A stretch of DNA of 63,810 bases, counting the filler, from Octopus bimaculoides (taxonomy: Eukaryota): assembly GCF_001194135.2 (NCBI RefSeq). It is 7 parts of 7 records of this genome, joined end to end, with 100 filler letters (N's around TTAATTAATTAA, not from the genome) between each part and the next. Parts side by side here need not be neighbours in the genome. Positions count along the whole stretch, not along the records: positions 34,500 to 51,312 come from NC_068986.1; 6 more parts are not named here. One strand, given 5' to 3'. Position numbers and translations under genes: made by a program. Numbering within the stretch: position 1 is the stretch's first letter; each line of letters starts with the position of its first letter. Of the stretch, positions 36,081-50,194 are shown piece after piece. A model generated the notes under the pieces. It was not told where the DNA came from, searched no databases, and worked only from the letters and a program-made list of their open reading frames with translations.

Positions 36081-37964
36081 GATATATATACATATATATG
36101 TATATATGTATATATATAAATTATATATACGTACACATACATCTATATATGTATATTGTGTATATATATCTATATATATATGAATATATATACACATGAA
36201 TATATATATATGAATATATATACACATGAATATATATATATTCATACATATATGCATATATATATATGTATATATGTATATATATATATATATGAATATA
36301 TATACACATGAATATATATATATTCATACATATATGCATATATATATATATGTATATATGTATATATATATATACACACACACACACAAGTGTGCACTAA
36401 TATATGTGTGTATGTATGTATGTATGTATGTATGCATGTATGTATGTATGTATGTATGTATGTGTATGTGTATTGTAAATCCAATTCTTGGGCATAATGA
36501 ACATGATAGTAAGTAGAAGAGGGTTGCCCTTGTGGAAATAAATATCCATCCGATAGTTCAGGAATAGTGTTCTACATTGTGATGATGAACCTGGTGTTTC
36601 ATGATTTCGAAACGAACTTAAGGAAGTGGCCATATTTGAAAACCCACTCACACACACATATATGTATTCATACATTCAAACATACATACATACTTATAAA
36701 CATACATACATGCCTACATACGTAAGTACGTACTATATATACAGATAGATAGATAGATAGGTAGATAGATAGATAGATAGATACATACATACATACATAC
36801 ATACATACATACATACATACATACATACATACACACACACACGAGACCACGACTGGCAGAAAATACCTAAGGACACCTGCTGCATGAAAACTTAATAGTA
36901 AAGTGCTGATCATTAGTTCGGTCGATGTAGAAAGCTATGAAATATCAACTGGTAAAAATTAATTCAACACGTAATGTTGTTGCGAGTAAGTTTTGACTTT
37001 ATCAGTTCGATGATAGGTACGTACATGTTCCTGTTTTATGTGTGTGTGTAAATATATATATATATATATATANNNNNNNNNNNNNNNNNNNNNNNNNNNN
37101 NNNNNNNNNNNNNNNNNNNNNNNNNNNNNNNNNNNNNNNNNNNNNNNNNNNNNNNNNNNNNNNNNNNNNNNNNNNNNNNNNNNNNNNNNNNNNNNNNNNN
37201 NNNNNNNNNNNNNNNNNNNNNNNNNNNNNNNNNNNNNNNNNNNNNNNNNNNNNNNNNNNNNNNNNNNNNNNNNNNNNNNNNNNNNNNNNNNNNNNNNNNN
37301 NNNNNNNNNNNNNNNNNNNNNNNNNNNNNNNNNNNNNNNNNNNNNNNNNNNNNNNNNNNNNNNNNNNNNNNNNNNNNNNNNNNNNNNNNNNNNNNNNNNN
37401 NNNNNNNNNNNNNNNNNNNNNNNNNNNNNNNNNNNNNNNNNNNNNNNNNNNNNNNNNNNNNNNNNNNNNNNNNNNNNNNNNNNNNNNNNNNNNNNNNNNN
37501 NNNNNNNNNNNNNNNNNNNNNNNNNNNNNNNNNNNNNNNNNNNNNNNNNNNNNNNNNNNNNNNNNNNNNNNNNNNNNNNNNNNNNNNNNNNNNNNNNNNN
37601 NNNNNNNNNNNNNNNNNNNNNNNNNNNNNNNNNNNNNNNNNNNNNNNNNNNNNNNNNNNNNNNNNNNNNNNNNNNNNNNNNNNNNNNNTGAAACAAGTAA
37701 AAGAGTAAAAGAGTAAAAGAGTATATATATAATAATTTTCCAGAGGATGTAGCAACCGTTACCAATATAGCATAAGAACTTACCTTAGGGGATCATTAAC
37801 TAGATTCCTTAAGGGTCGTTCTCACAGTTTATATTTATATTATAAGGTTTTTAACTTTTAAATTTTCATATTCAAAAGAGACAGAGACTTCAAATTCGAT
37901 ATATCGATTTATTCGCCACTCTTTGTTAACATGTTTGTGCCAAACTTATATATATATATATGTT

Positions 37965-38137
37965 TTACTCCTTTACTTGCTTCAGTCATTTGACTGCGGC
38001 CATGCTGGAGCACCGCCTTTAGTCGAGCAAATCGACCCCAGAACTTATTCTTTGTAAGCCTAGTACTTACTCTATTGGTCACTTTTGCCGAACCGCTAAG
38101 TTACGAGTACGTAAACACACCACCATCGGTTGTCAAT
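37965..38137 (-). mobile_element. SINE family A, 3' part (CpG-intact)
   Basis: Near-identical to 34696-34870. Confidence 0.92.
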
Positions 38138-38479
38138 ATATATATTATTCTTCCTATATAGATACGACCAAACACATATCAGAGCGAATTTATAGCATAT
38201 ATGCGTGATTATATGTATACTCATTCTTCACTTTTACTTTGTGTATATCATTTTGTTAGTTCATTCGCGTGCATGTATGTTGATGAATATAATTACTTGG
38301 GCGTTTAGGTACGATATATCCATAAACGTTTCTGCATATGTAAATATATATAAATGTTTCTATGTATGTAGGTGTATATAAATGTCTGCTTTTGTAATCT
38401 ATTATACTGAATAAACACACGTTTACCCCTCCCCCTTTGTTATATACATATAAACATACACGCCCTCACACATATATAC

Positions 38480-38520
<41 letters not shown>

Positions 38521-38878
38521 NNNNNNNNNNNNNNNNNNNNNNNNNNNNNNNNNNNNNNNNNNNNNNNNNNNNNNNNNNNNNNNNNNNNNNNNNNNNNNNN
38601 NNNNNNNNNNNNNNNNNNNNNNNNNNNNNNNNNNNNNNNNNNNNNNNNNNNNNNNNNNNNNNNNNNNNNNNNNNNNNNNNNNNNNNNNNNNNNNNNNNNN
38701 NNNNNNNNNNNNNNNNNNNNNNNNNNNNNNNNNNNNNNNNNNNNNNNNNNNNNNNNNNNNNNNNNNNNNNNNNNNNNNNNNNNNNNNNNNNNNNNNNNNN
38801 NNNNNNNNNNNNNNNNNNNNNNNNNNNNNNNNNNNNNNNNNNNNNNNNNNNNNNNNNNNNNNNNNNNNNNNNNNNNNN

Positions 38879-38914
<36 letters not shown>

Positions 38915-39901
38915 CAAGTGAGAAGATGGAGATAAGATTAATAAAAATTTATTAACACATTGACAAGACTAGACCTACAATTGCTTCAATTCATCACTTG
39001 CAGCATAAAATCAACCAAATTTAATTTAATTTAGTTAAATCAATTTGGTTAATTACTCCAAGCGAGAATATCTTCAGGGAAGGGTGTACAAAGAAATTTA
39101 TCATATTTAAAACGTAATGAAAACATCAAACAAGAAGAATACAGTGTACCATTAAAGTTTAAAATATATACTCTTATAAAAATAGATACAGTTAGGAAAA
39201 AATAGTTAAAGTCATAAATTAATATAAATAACAATAATGATAATGCAGACATACCAATGCGAAAATGCGGATAATGGTGATATGTGAAAAAAAAAACACA
39301 ATAGAATGGTTATTAAATTATGGGAGTAGAGAAGTGAAATAATTAGATATTCCATGCGCATATACATTTACACACACTCACCTACACAGACACACAGACA
39401 CACACACACACACACACGGAAGGGAGGTGTGATTCTGGTTCCGATGGAATGTTGTTCAGTCGAGTGGCCGTTCACTGTATGTCTAAATTGCTTCTGGTCC
39501 TAAAGATATGTTCTACGCTTTGAGATGCGGTCCTAGTTATGTTAAAGATGAACTTTCTCTAACAGAAATCCTTGGTAATAAGTTCCAGAATTTGGGTCAG
39601 CTGTGTGGACTTTTGCTGAGTGCCGATCCTGTTAGTGAGGAGTCTGGTTTGGTGGTGGGTTTCTTGATTCGAGTAGTGCTTGAGTCATTTTACCGCTAAA
39701 CGAAACGAAGCTGACACTGCTACATTGGAGGATGCTTTTAAGGTCTACGCTTACCAAATCAATGCAAGGTGTATGTATGTATGTATGTATGTATGGATGG
39801 ATGGATACATGCATGCATGCATACATGCATGTATATATATGTATGCAAGCATGTATGTATATATGTATGTATGTTTGCATGTATGTATGTCTGCATGCAT
39901 G

Positions 39902-39944
<43 letters not shown>

Positions 39945-40757
39945 NNNNNNNNNNNNNNNNNNNNNNNNNNNNNNNNNNNNNNNNNNNNNNNNNNNNNNNN
40001 NNNNNNNNNNNNNNNNNNNNNNNNNNNNNNNNNNNNNNNNNNNNNNNNNNNNNNNNNNNNNNNNNNNNNNNNNNNNNNNNNNNNNNNNNNNNNNNNNNNN
40101 NNNNNNNNNNNNNNNNNNNNNNNNNNNNNNNNNNNNNNNNNNNNNNNNNNNNNNNNNNNNNNNNNNNNNNNNNNNNNNNNNNNNNNNNNNNNNNNNNNNN
40201 NNNNNNNNNNNNNNNNNNNNNNNNNNNNNNNNNNNNNNNNNNNNNNNNNNTATATATATTAAAATATGAAAATGTTTTATTTTCCTTCAATACTTCCTTC
40301 CACTTGTACAGTGCATATACATGAGTTCAAACGGTTGCAAACAGGGATTCAAACGGCTTACACAATACTGTATACGTTCACCGTATAAAGAACGTTGCAC
40401 GGTTGTATTGAAAGAAAATATTGAGAAAATTTCAAGAAACAAATAAATAAATAAATAAATAAATACTTATTTCCTAAAAAATTTCACTAGAAACTTATCT
40501 AATTAGTCATTTCGTGAGCCAAACCCTTTCTTTATTTACTCAGGTTTATTCAAATTGAAGTGGGGTTTTTTAAAATAAAATTATGGCAGGGATGAATCTG
40601 TTTGCAAAATGAAAACAAGAGTAAAAAGCAGGACTAAACCAAACAATATTAGGATATATTGATTTCAAATTTTGGCACAATGGCAGCAATTTCGGAGGAG
40701 GCGATAAGTCGACTATGTCGATATTAGGGCATATTATCATATGTTATTAATGATTAA

Positions 40758-40907
40758 CCCATTTTAACCCAGGTTAACCCTGTCGAAATTTTGAATATAG
40801 TTTTATAAATAAGTATAACAAACATACGAAAACGTCCAGTTAACCTTTATTGCAGTAAATAAACCGAATACAACTGTCTTCCTTTGAGGACAGTGGGTCA
40901 AAATGGG
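40758..40907. mobile_element. piggyBac-like MITE (150 bp)
   Basis: TIRs CCCATTTTAACCCA / CCCATTTTGACCCA; left TTAA, right TTAC. Confidence 0.7.
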
Positions 40908-41614
40908 TTACACAGAATTTAAATAACTTAATGTTTCAGATTTACCTGTATTTACCAGTAATAGAGTAGATTTGATATACAGGCTGTGAAATATTGACCT
41001 GCAAATTCACACAATATAATTCTTACTCTGCAGTTAACCAATATTGAATTCTCGATATCTCAGAGATAGCAGTACTAAATACAACTTGCTATCATTTCGG
41101 TCTACCTACACACACACACACACACATACACACACACACATGGCAAATTGTCTACTACAACTATCAACGAAAATACATCATTACTGACTTACCAATTCTA
41201 GAAACTGTTCTTTACAGACCATCTCAATCTACCAATTCTAGTGACTTGTGAGTATTAACCTCTGACAAACAGCACCAAATCAAATCTCAGCAACGATATC
41301 CATGTTTAACATTCTCCGGAATTCTCTGTAGACTGTCTGCCACTAGTTGCAAAAACCGTCAACAGCCACATCCTCATACAGGCAGGAACCCGTGTGACGC
41401 CCACTGGTTTTAGCTTATTAATTCTCTTTTGCCTCTTACGTGATATTAACTTCGAAGTTACATCAATAACTATATAATTGAATAAAATAAAATACAATCT
41501 ATTTCCATCGCTATTTGTTTCAATTTAACTTTGTAGCCATTCGGCAGTCTATATCCCTCTCGCAGACTCCCTCCACCCCCTCTCTTTCTCTTTGCTATGC
41601 ATATGCATGTGTGT

Positions 41615-41694
<80 letters not shown>

Positions 41695-41792
41695 CTGTAT
41701 ATCCACAGACACACATATATCGAAAGAGAGAGAGAGAGAAAGCGAGATAGAAAGACAGAGGGAGAGAGAGAGAGAGAAAGCGAGATAGAAAG

Positions 41793-41841
<49 letters not shown>

Positions 41842-42227
41842 TAGAAAGACAGAGAGCGAGCGAGAGAAAGAGAGAGATGGATAAAAGATAATGAGATATA
41901 AATATACGCAGATATATAGAGAGAAATATTCAAAAGGGAAACAAATCTATGAGACTTCTCTTGTGGAATTCTCTATACAATTCAAAATAATACAGAAATA
42001 CATTAAAAAAAGTAATACACCCACTCCGTTTTATTTATTCAGTACCACGTCTTAAGTTGTAATTTTTCATTTTTTTTTTTTGTGTAAACTGAAATAAAAG
42101 ATATGATGTTTGCGTGTGTGGTGTGTGTGTATCTCTGTGCGTGTATATAACCAATAAAAAATACATATAATGCGTTATTATGTTATTTGATTATGCACAT
42201 ACGTACGTATCTATCACACTCTCTCTC

Positions 42228-42264
<37 letters not shown>

Positions 42265-42747
42265 TTATAGATAGATAGATAGATAGACAGACAGACAATC
42301 AGATGGAAATACACGCTCAAACGCGCGCGCACACAGAGACACATGCACGCATCATATTTAATGATTTATAGGTCACATATCGCTACTACAATGACCTCTG
42401 TTCCTCAGAACTGATTGCTACCTCTACCACTCGGGTATTCTCAACCCACTCAGTTTTGGCCTTCTTCTTGATGCGTTCATCCCCCAAGGCCTCACATTTA
42501 CTACAATGTCCACTCATTCCTCCACAGAATATCATCCCTCTGGACTCTTCACCCTGCTCATGATTTACCTGCATGTATTGACCTGCAAGAGCTTAAACGG
42601 AACATTAACGCCATCAAACCACACCAGTCTCAGACGACCTATAAATGTCTTAAGCAATGCCTTTTCCTCCAGACTCAACAAGTACAAACTGAATAAGCAC
42701 TTCAATTTTGGCTGGTAACATTATCACAATATGCGTGATACATGTGC

Positions 42748-42791
<44 letters not shown>

Positions 42792-42885
42792 AATTCAAAT
42801 AAACGAATAAAAGAACAAAAAAGCGAACGCAAGGACATGCCATGCACATGTGCACAAGAAATATATTAGTTAGACGCTCGGTGAG

Positions 42886-42918
42886 TTTGACGTTTCGAGC
42901 ATAGCTCTTCGTCGGAAA
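42886..42918 (-). ncRNA. Minimal hammerhead motif, U4C variant
   Basis: Minus strand TTT-CCGACGA-A-GAGC(TAT)GCTC-GAAACGTC/AAA, with palindrome ACGT and GUC triplet. Confidence 0.7.
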
Positions 42919-43815
42919 GGAAAAAAGGAAAAGTCCAAAGATGGAAAAGAAATCGCTAACGGCACATGTGTAGTTATATTGCTAATCCTCTTAACGCCTC
43001 ACATTCGTCATCCTCTTCACTGTTTAATCATTTCGATGTCTGATTGTATTGAATTCACAACGAAATCTCATTGGTTCCTACTGAAGAAACTTCACCCTTT
43101 CTTTACTATATTTCCAACTAAAGTACTCTCCTTATATTTTTCAAAGATATTCTAAAAGAAACCTGTATTCATAAAATAATGCTTCTCTTTTTTATTTACT
43201 TGTATCCTTGAAGTGTTATTGGTACACAGTTTAACGAGAGCTATTGTGTATGTGTGTGTGTATGTGTGTATGTATGTAACACGAAACTACTCTATTACTG
43301 GTAAATACAAGTAAATCTGAAACATAGTTATTTAAATTCTGTTTAAGTATTAATAACATATAGTTATATACCTCTCAATATCGACGTAATCGACTTATAA
43401 ATTCTCCCGAAATTGCTGGCCGTGTGCTAAAATTTGAAATCAATATAGTCTAGCTTACAAGAAATAGCAGTTAATTTCCACTCAAATAACATCTTAAAGT
43501 ATTTTAAAAATAGAGATATTGAATAGTGTAAGTCCTGGGTAAATTGACTGAATTACAAAGACGAAAGCAATGGACTGGATGGACATGACTGGATGGACAT
43601 GACTGGATTGTCTTGGACTATACGTCGGTTCAACTGTGGCTGACATGGAACTACAAATACAACTCATTTTGAGAAGAATACCCGCATGTATGCGTCCATA
43701 CATACATGCTTTAACATTCTGTTTTCATTTTTAATGTTTTAGATATCACAGCTAGGCCATACTGGAGCACACTCACTCACAAACGCACTCATACACACAA
43801 ATATATATTCTACTA

Positions 43816-43877
<62 letters not shown>

Positions 43878-44662
43878 NNNNNNNNNNNNNNNNNNNNNNN
43901 NNNNNNNNNNNNNNNNNNNNNNNNNNNNNNNNNNNNNNNNNNNNNNNNNNNNNNNNNNNNNNNNNNNNNNNNNNNNNNNNNNNNNNNNNNNNNNNNNNNN
44001 NNNNNNNNNNNNNNNNNNNNNNNNNNNNNNNNNNNNNNNNNNNNNNNNNNNNNNNNNNNNNNNNNNNNNNNNNNNNNNNNNNNNNNNNNNNNNNNNNNNN
44101 NNNNNNNNNNNNNNNNNNNNNNNNNNNNNNNNNNNNNNNNNNNNNNNNNNNNNNNNNNNNNNNNNNNNNNNNNNNNNNNNNNNNNNNNNNNNNNNNNNNN
44201 NNNNNNNNNNNNNNNNNNNNNNNNNNNNNNNNNNNNNNNNNNNNNNNNNNNNNNNNNNNNNNNNNNNNNNNNNNNNNNNNNNNNNNNNNNNNNNNNNNNN
44301 NNNNNNNNNNNNNNNNNNNNNNNNNNNNNNNNNNNNNNNNNNNNNNNNNNNNNNNNNNNNNNNNNNNNNNNNNNNNNNNNNNNNNNNNNNNNNNNNNNNN
44401 NNNNNNNNNNNNNNNNNNNNNNNNNNNNNNNNNNNNNNNNNNNNNNNNNNNNNNNNNNNNNNNNNNNNNNNNNNNNNNNNNNNNNNNNNNNNNNNNNNNN
44501 NNNNNNNNNNNNNNNNNNNNNNNNNNNNNNNNNNNNNNNNNNNNNNNNNNNNNNNNNNNNNNNNNNNNNNNNNNNNNNNNNNNNNNNNNNNNNNNNNNNN
44601 NNNNNNNNNNNNNNNNNNNNNNNNNNNNNNNNNNNNNNNNNNNNNNNNNNNNNNNNNNNNTA

Positions 44663-44695
<33 letters not shown>

Positions 44696-45263
44696 ATATA
44701 CATATGTGTGTGTGTGTGTAATGTGTACTTCTATCTCTGTATGTATCTATAATGAATGTTTCCATGCTTTTATGTGTATATATGTGTGCATGTGTGTATA
44801 TCATATTTAAATGCGTGTGAGTAAAATTCTTAACATATACAATCACAATCACCACCACCACCACCTCCACCACCACCACCACTACCATCATCATCATCGT
44901 CATATATTACGTAACAGAAGAGGAAGGAACGAAATTATTAAATACCTGTGAAAAGGGTCTGATCTAGAATCCGTCAATTCAAGGCCCGTCAGTGGCAGTG
45001 GCCTGGCCACGAACAACAGCACCGGAACACCTCCAGCAGCAACAGCAACAAAGGCAATAGTAGCAGCAGCAGCAGCAGCAACAACAACAGCAGTAGCAAC
45101 AGCGAAAATAGCAGCAATAGAAGCAGCACCAGAGGCAACAACAGCAGCAGCAACATCAACAGACTACCTGTGGAGACAAGGTTATACATACAATCTCTTT
45201 CATCATTGCCGCTATTCACCTCTAAGGTACTACTGCTTCCCTTTTCACATGTAATTACTCTTA

Positions 45264-45383
45264 GAGGTAGTAGGTGAAGGTAGTGGGTGGAGGTAGTGGG
45301 TAGAGGTAGTGGGTAGAGGTAGTAGGTGAAGGTAGTGGGTGGAGGTAGTGGGTGGAGGTAGTGGGTGGAGGTAGTGGGTGGAG
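45264..45383. repeat. 13-bp G-rich tandem repeat (GAGGTAGTGGGTG)n, about 9 copies
   Basis: Read directly from the sequence. Confidence 0.9.
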
Positions 45384-45451
45384 GGGCAGTAGTGGTTGAG
45401 GTGTTGGTGGAGGTGATGATGGTGGCTGGTTTACGACTGTAGTTTTGACGA

Positions 45452-45485
<34 letters not shown>

Positions 45486-45646
45486 GGTGGTGGTATTGGG
45501 AGGTTATGATGGCGGTTGCCTTGCTGATGTAGTGATGGTGGCAGGCGTTGATAATAATGGTACAGGTGTTGGTATTGGTTGTAGTGCCGCTGCTAATGAC
45601 ACTTTAATTGTTTTTAATCTATGAACCTTTCCCCCAAACTTCTCTT

Positions 45647-45685
<39 letters not shown>

Positions 45686-46054
45686 CTTACTCTGCTTCTT
45701 TCTCTGTCGCTGTCTATCTCTCTCTCTCTCTCTGTTACTTTTCTCCAACGTCCCCTTTCTCTGTCTTACCCTCTCTTTCTTTTATATATATATACACACG
45801 CGCGTGCATATTTATACATACATACGTAGACACATACACATATCTATGTATACATATTTATACACATACACACACACACACACATATATATGTATACAAA
45901 CACTCAGTGAAAGCTACACACACATGAGACATAGATAGAAGGCTGGATGTACTTATATGTATGTATCTGTATATGCATACACATATTCACGCATACTCAC
46001 ACACTCACCCCCCCCCTCTCTCTCTCACACACACACACACACTCATATTTCAAT

Positions 46055-46265
46055 GTACGTCGGTTCTGACGACGAGGGTTCCAGTTGATCCGATCAACGG
46101 AACAGCCTGCTCGTGAAACTAACGTATAACTGGCTGAGCACTCCACAGACACGCGTACGTTTAACGCAGTGCTCAAGAAGATTTCCCGTCGTACAAAATG
46201 TGACTAGGCGGACCTTTTGAATTACAGGTAAAACTTATTTTGCCGGCTGAGTAGTCTGGAGCAAC
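46055..46265 (-). mobile_element. SINE 3'/central part (third family)
   Basis: CCAGTTGATCCGATCAACGGAACAGCCTGCTCGTGAAA...GCTGAGTAGTCTGGAGCAAC core, truncated by a gap. Confidence 0.7.
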
Positions 46266-46981
46266 NNNNNNNNNNNNNNNNNNNNNNNNNNNNNNNNNNN
46301 NNNNNNNNNNNNNNNNNNNNNNNNNNNNNNNNNNNNNNNNNNNNNNNNNNNNNNNNNNNNNNNNNNNNNNNNNNNNNNNNNNNNNNNNNNNNNNNNNNNN
46401 NNNNNNNNNNNNNNNNNNNNNNNNNNNNNNNNNNNNNNNNNNNNNNNNNNNNNNNNNNNNNNNNNNNNNNNNNNNNNNNNNNNNNNNNNNNNNNNNNNNN
46501 NNNNNNNNNNNNNNNNNNNNNNNNNNNNNNNNNNNNNNNNNNNNNNNNNNNNNNNNNNNNNNNNNNNNNNNNNNNNNNNNNNNNNNNNNNNNNNNNNNNN
46601 NNNNNNNNNNNNNNNNNNNNNNNNNNNNNNNNNNNNNNNNNNNNNNNNNNNNNNNNNNNNNNNNNNNNNNNNNNNNNNNNNNNNNNNNNNNNNNNNNNNN
46701 NNNNNNNNNNNNNNNNNNNNNNNNNNNNNNNNNNNNNNNNNNNNNNNNNNNNNNNNNNNNNNNNNNNNNNNNNNNNNNNNNNNNNNNNNNNNNNNNNNNN
46801 NNNNNNNNNNNNNNNNNNNNNNNNNNNNNNNNNNNNNNNNNNNNNNNNNNNNNNNNNNNNNNNNNNNNNNNNNNNNNNNNNNNNNNNNNNNNNNNNNNNN
46901 NNNNNNNNNNNNNNNNNNNNNNNNNNNNNNNNNNNNNNNNNNNNNNNNNNNNNNNNNNNNNNNNNNNNNNNNNNNNNNNNN

Positions 46982-47012
<31 letters not shown>

Positions 47013-47479
47013 TACACATACATATATGTATGTATAGAGTGATAAACAGACAGACAGACAGACAGACAGACAGATAGATAGATAGAAAGATAAATGGCTA
47101 AATATTCGGAGAGAGTGGGAGAAAGTGAGGCAAACAGACAGGCAGAAGGCAGACAGAGTGACGGACAGGTAGACAAATTAGTGGAGGTTAAAATTTCTAT
47201 CTCAACTGTAACTGAAAGTGGTTTTCTACTCCTCCAAATGTACATGCATACATATACTTACGTACACACACACAAACACACACATACACGCATACATACA
47301 TACATATATACATACATACATACATGCATGTATGCATACGTACACAAATATAGACACATTTGAGCTCTTTTTATGGTGAGCATGATTTAATTATATTGTT
47401 GATGAACACATCATAATGATAATGTTGATATTACGATGATGATGATGGTGGTGATGAGGATGAGGAGGAGGAGAGGGAG

Positions 47480-48535
47480 GTGGACAACACCTATTTCTCT
47501 TTCCAGGACCACATATACAAACAGACAACAGTTTCCCCCAAGGGATCCAGTCCATGGGGCCTACTAGCCATCACTTATATGAACCATCTGGAACGCCAAG
47601 CACTCAACATCTGTCGCTCATGCGCCTTCTTCACCAGGTGCGTAGATGACATCCTCATACTCACATCCTCCCGGGAAGAGGCTGACAGAATATTCACAAC
47701 ATTCAATAACATAAACATGAACATAAAGTTCACTATAGAACATCCCGACATCACTGGACCACTATCACTACTTGACTTCCAACTGAATATAACAGAAGAA
47801 GGGGAGATCCACATCGAGTTGTACAGGAAAGCAGCCAGTAGAGATATGCTTGTCCAATACAATTCAGCACTTCCACTCGGTGCCAAAATAAGATACGCCA
47901 GAAATGAACTTGCACGCATCCAGGGCAAGTGCAGCAGGACAGAGGACAAGGTGACCCACACTACACGCTTCCTAGATATATTGAAAATCAAAGGGTATCC
48001 TAGATCCATTGTAAATTGGCTTAACTACCCAAGACGACCAACACGCCGAACACATAGAAAACTCAGCAACACATGCTTCCTTAAAATACTCCATTTTAGC
48101 GAGAGGATAACTACAACCACCCGAAGAGCCATAAGAAGAGAAGGGCTAGACACACAACTAGCCCACTCCGGCCCCTCTCTGAGAAGACACCTCGCAAAGA
48201 AACGAACAAGGGACAACAATCAATGCACACTAACAAACTGTCCCATCCATGACACAGATTTATGCCAACAAGTGAATGTTGTGTATAGAATACAATGTAA
48301 CAAATGCAACAAGTTCTATGTGGGTAGCACAACAAGACCGTTACACGTCCGCATCAAAGAACATCTGAATACGAGAGCCTCCTCCAGAAAACATCTAGAC
48401 AGATGCTGGAACACCAACAAAAGCATAACAGTCACAATTGAGGCCAAAGAAATTTGGGTAATTTAAGAATTAAGGAAACTATACTCATACACAGACTAGG
48501 GCCCCAAATTAACAACAGGCTGGAGGTTGGTAATC
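47480..48535 (+). mobile_element. Penelope-like element: RT (3' part) plus GIY-YIG endonuclease, 5'-truncated
   Basis: 328-codon open frame with NTYFSFQDHIYKQ, TRCVDDIL (YVDD decayed), LSLLDF, IELYRK and GIY-YIG VVYRIQCNKCNKFYVGSTTRPLHVRIKEH. A frameshifted tail reads NLRIKETILIHRLGPQINNRLE. Confidence 0.93.
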
Positions 48536-48542
48536 AATACGC

Positions 48543-48587
<45 letters not shown>

Positions 48588-49218
48588 CAACGTAAGTGAG
48601 CTTCTACGAGAATGCAGAAGACTGTTAAAGTGGTTGAAGAGACAATATTATCTAATTTGATATATGTGCAGGTCATATAAAAACTATTCTAGGTATTTAT
48701 CTTTCATCATGGCTACCAGCCCAGCAGGACCGTAAGTTGCCACAGCAACTTCGAAACTGCGGAGATGAAGTTTACTCATTTCTTTCGCGTTTCATTTGAA
48801 TTAGATTAGAACATGCCACTAAACATGCACATACATATTTAATGTGCATATATACACATTATTGGATGGTCATTAACTTACTTTATTTTTACCCTTTGAC
48901 AAGTTCCGTTTTTCATCCTACTACGTGTCTAAAATCAGAATCACCCCCTCACCAAGAAGACTTGGTGGGGTTGCTAAATTAGTCGAAGATGATCCAAACG
49001 TGCAACAAGTGTTACTGACTACTTGTAGCGCCCCCATGTGATCTGACACGCTTCAGGAATGAATTTACCAAAATTTCCCGATATCTATTATATTTACATG
49101 TATATCAACTAAAATTATTCTCACATACGTATTACTCTATTTATCTCTTCTTCTTTGTTCCAATTCTCTTACTATATATATATATATATATATATAGTCT
49201 GTTAAAGTCTGTCATACC

Positions 49219-49258
49219 GGCCATGACGAAGGGAAATAACCCTGAAACTCGAGTCGCC
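49219..49258 (+). ncRNA. Minimal hammerhead motif with a 1-nt core insertion
   Basis: GGC-C(A)TGACGA-AGGG(AAATAA)CCCT-GAAACTCGAGTC/GCC, with palindrome ACTCGAGT and GUC triplet. Confidence 0.72.
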
Positions 49259-50194
49259 TTTATATATTTATATATTTGATCCTTTATATTGAACACTCAA
49301 TATTTCATCTACATTCAATACTTTACTTCATGGTGCCATCCATGTTTATTTTATTTTATTTTATATCATATATTGTATATTATATTATATATTGTATATT
49401 CCATATTCTATATCCCACATTGGTTCTGCAGGAATANNNNNNNNNNNNNNNNNNNNNNNNNNNNNNNNNNNNNNNNNNNNNNNNNNNNNNNNNNNNNNNN
49501 NNNNNNNNNNNNNNNNNNNNNNNNNNNNNNNNNNNNNNNNNNNNNNNNNNNNNNNNNNNNNNNNNNNNNNNNNNNNNNNNNNNNNNNNNNNNNNNNNNNN
49601 NNNNNNNNNNNNNNNNNNNNNNNNNNNNNNNNNNNNNNNNNNNNNNNNNATATATATATATATATATATATAACAATAGATGACCAATTAGATGAGGGTA
49701 CTGAACAGCAAAAATTCCCCCTCCACACTACCAGCAGGATTCCAACTACTCACTACCAGCAAGAATCTAACTTCTCCATTAGCAGAAAATAATGAAGTAT
49801 CTCAACCAATACACCGGTCCTCCTTTCCAAACGCAAGTAAAACTTATGTACCGGGGAACATGTATGTATGAGAATGTTTATGTACACATATGTTATTGTA
49901 TGTATGGATGTGTGGGTGGGTATATATATATGTGTCCTTATGTATAATAACATAATGTATAATAACAATAGCAATTGACTCATCGGTGTGCATGTATAGA
50001 CGTTTATGTATGTACATTTAAATGTACATATATATATTCATGTATTCATGTTTATTTATTTATGTATATCTATATATGTCAGAGTATGCATGCATATGCA
50101 TATATATGTGAGGTTTTATGATTTTTATATGATTTTTATGTTTCTTATATGTTTATATTTGTATATTGTCAATTAACTTCATGAACTTTGTAAA

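Noticed and set aside
39420-39760. Minus-strand stretch resembling a Penelope ORF N-terminus
   Set aside because: Similarity is impressionistic, with stops and no diagnostic motif.
43560-43690. CLGLYVGST resembling a GIY-YIG half motif next to a 14-bp tandem duplication
   Set aside because: Too short; the upstream GIY-like strand and downstream R..EH are missing.
44950-45260. Ala/Thr- or Ser/Asn-rich open frames in a (CAG/CAA)n region
   Set aside because: In-frame stops just upstream, no good acceptor and no recognisable domain. Treated as simple repeat.
48715-48770. AAGTTGC:GCAACTT hairpin followed by CGAAAC downstream of the Penelope ORF
   Set aside because: No CUGANGA core or NUH site can be placed.
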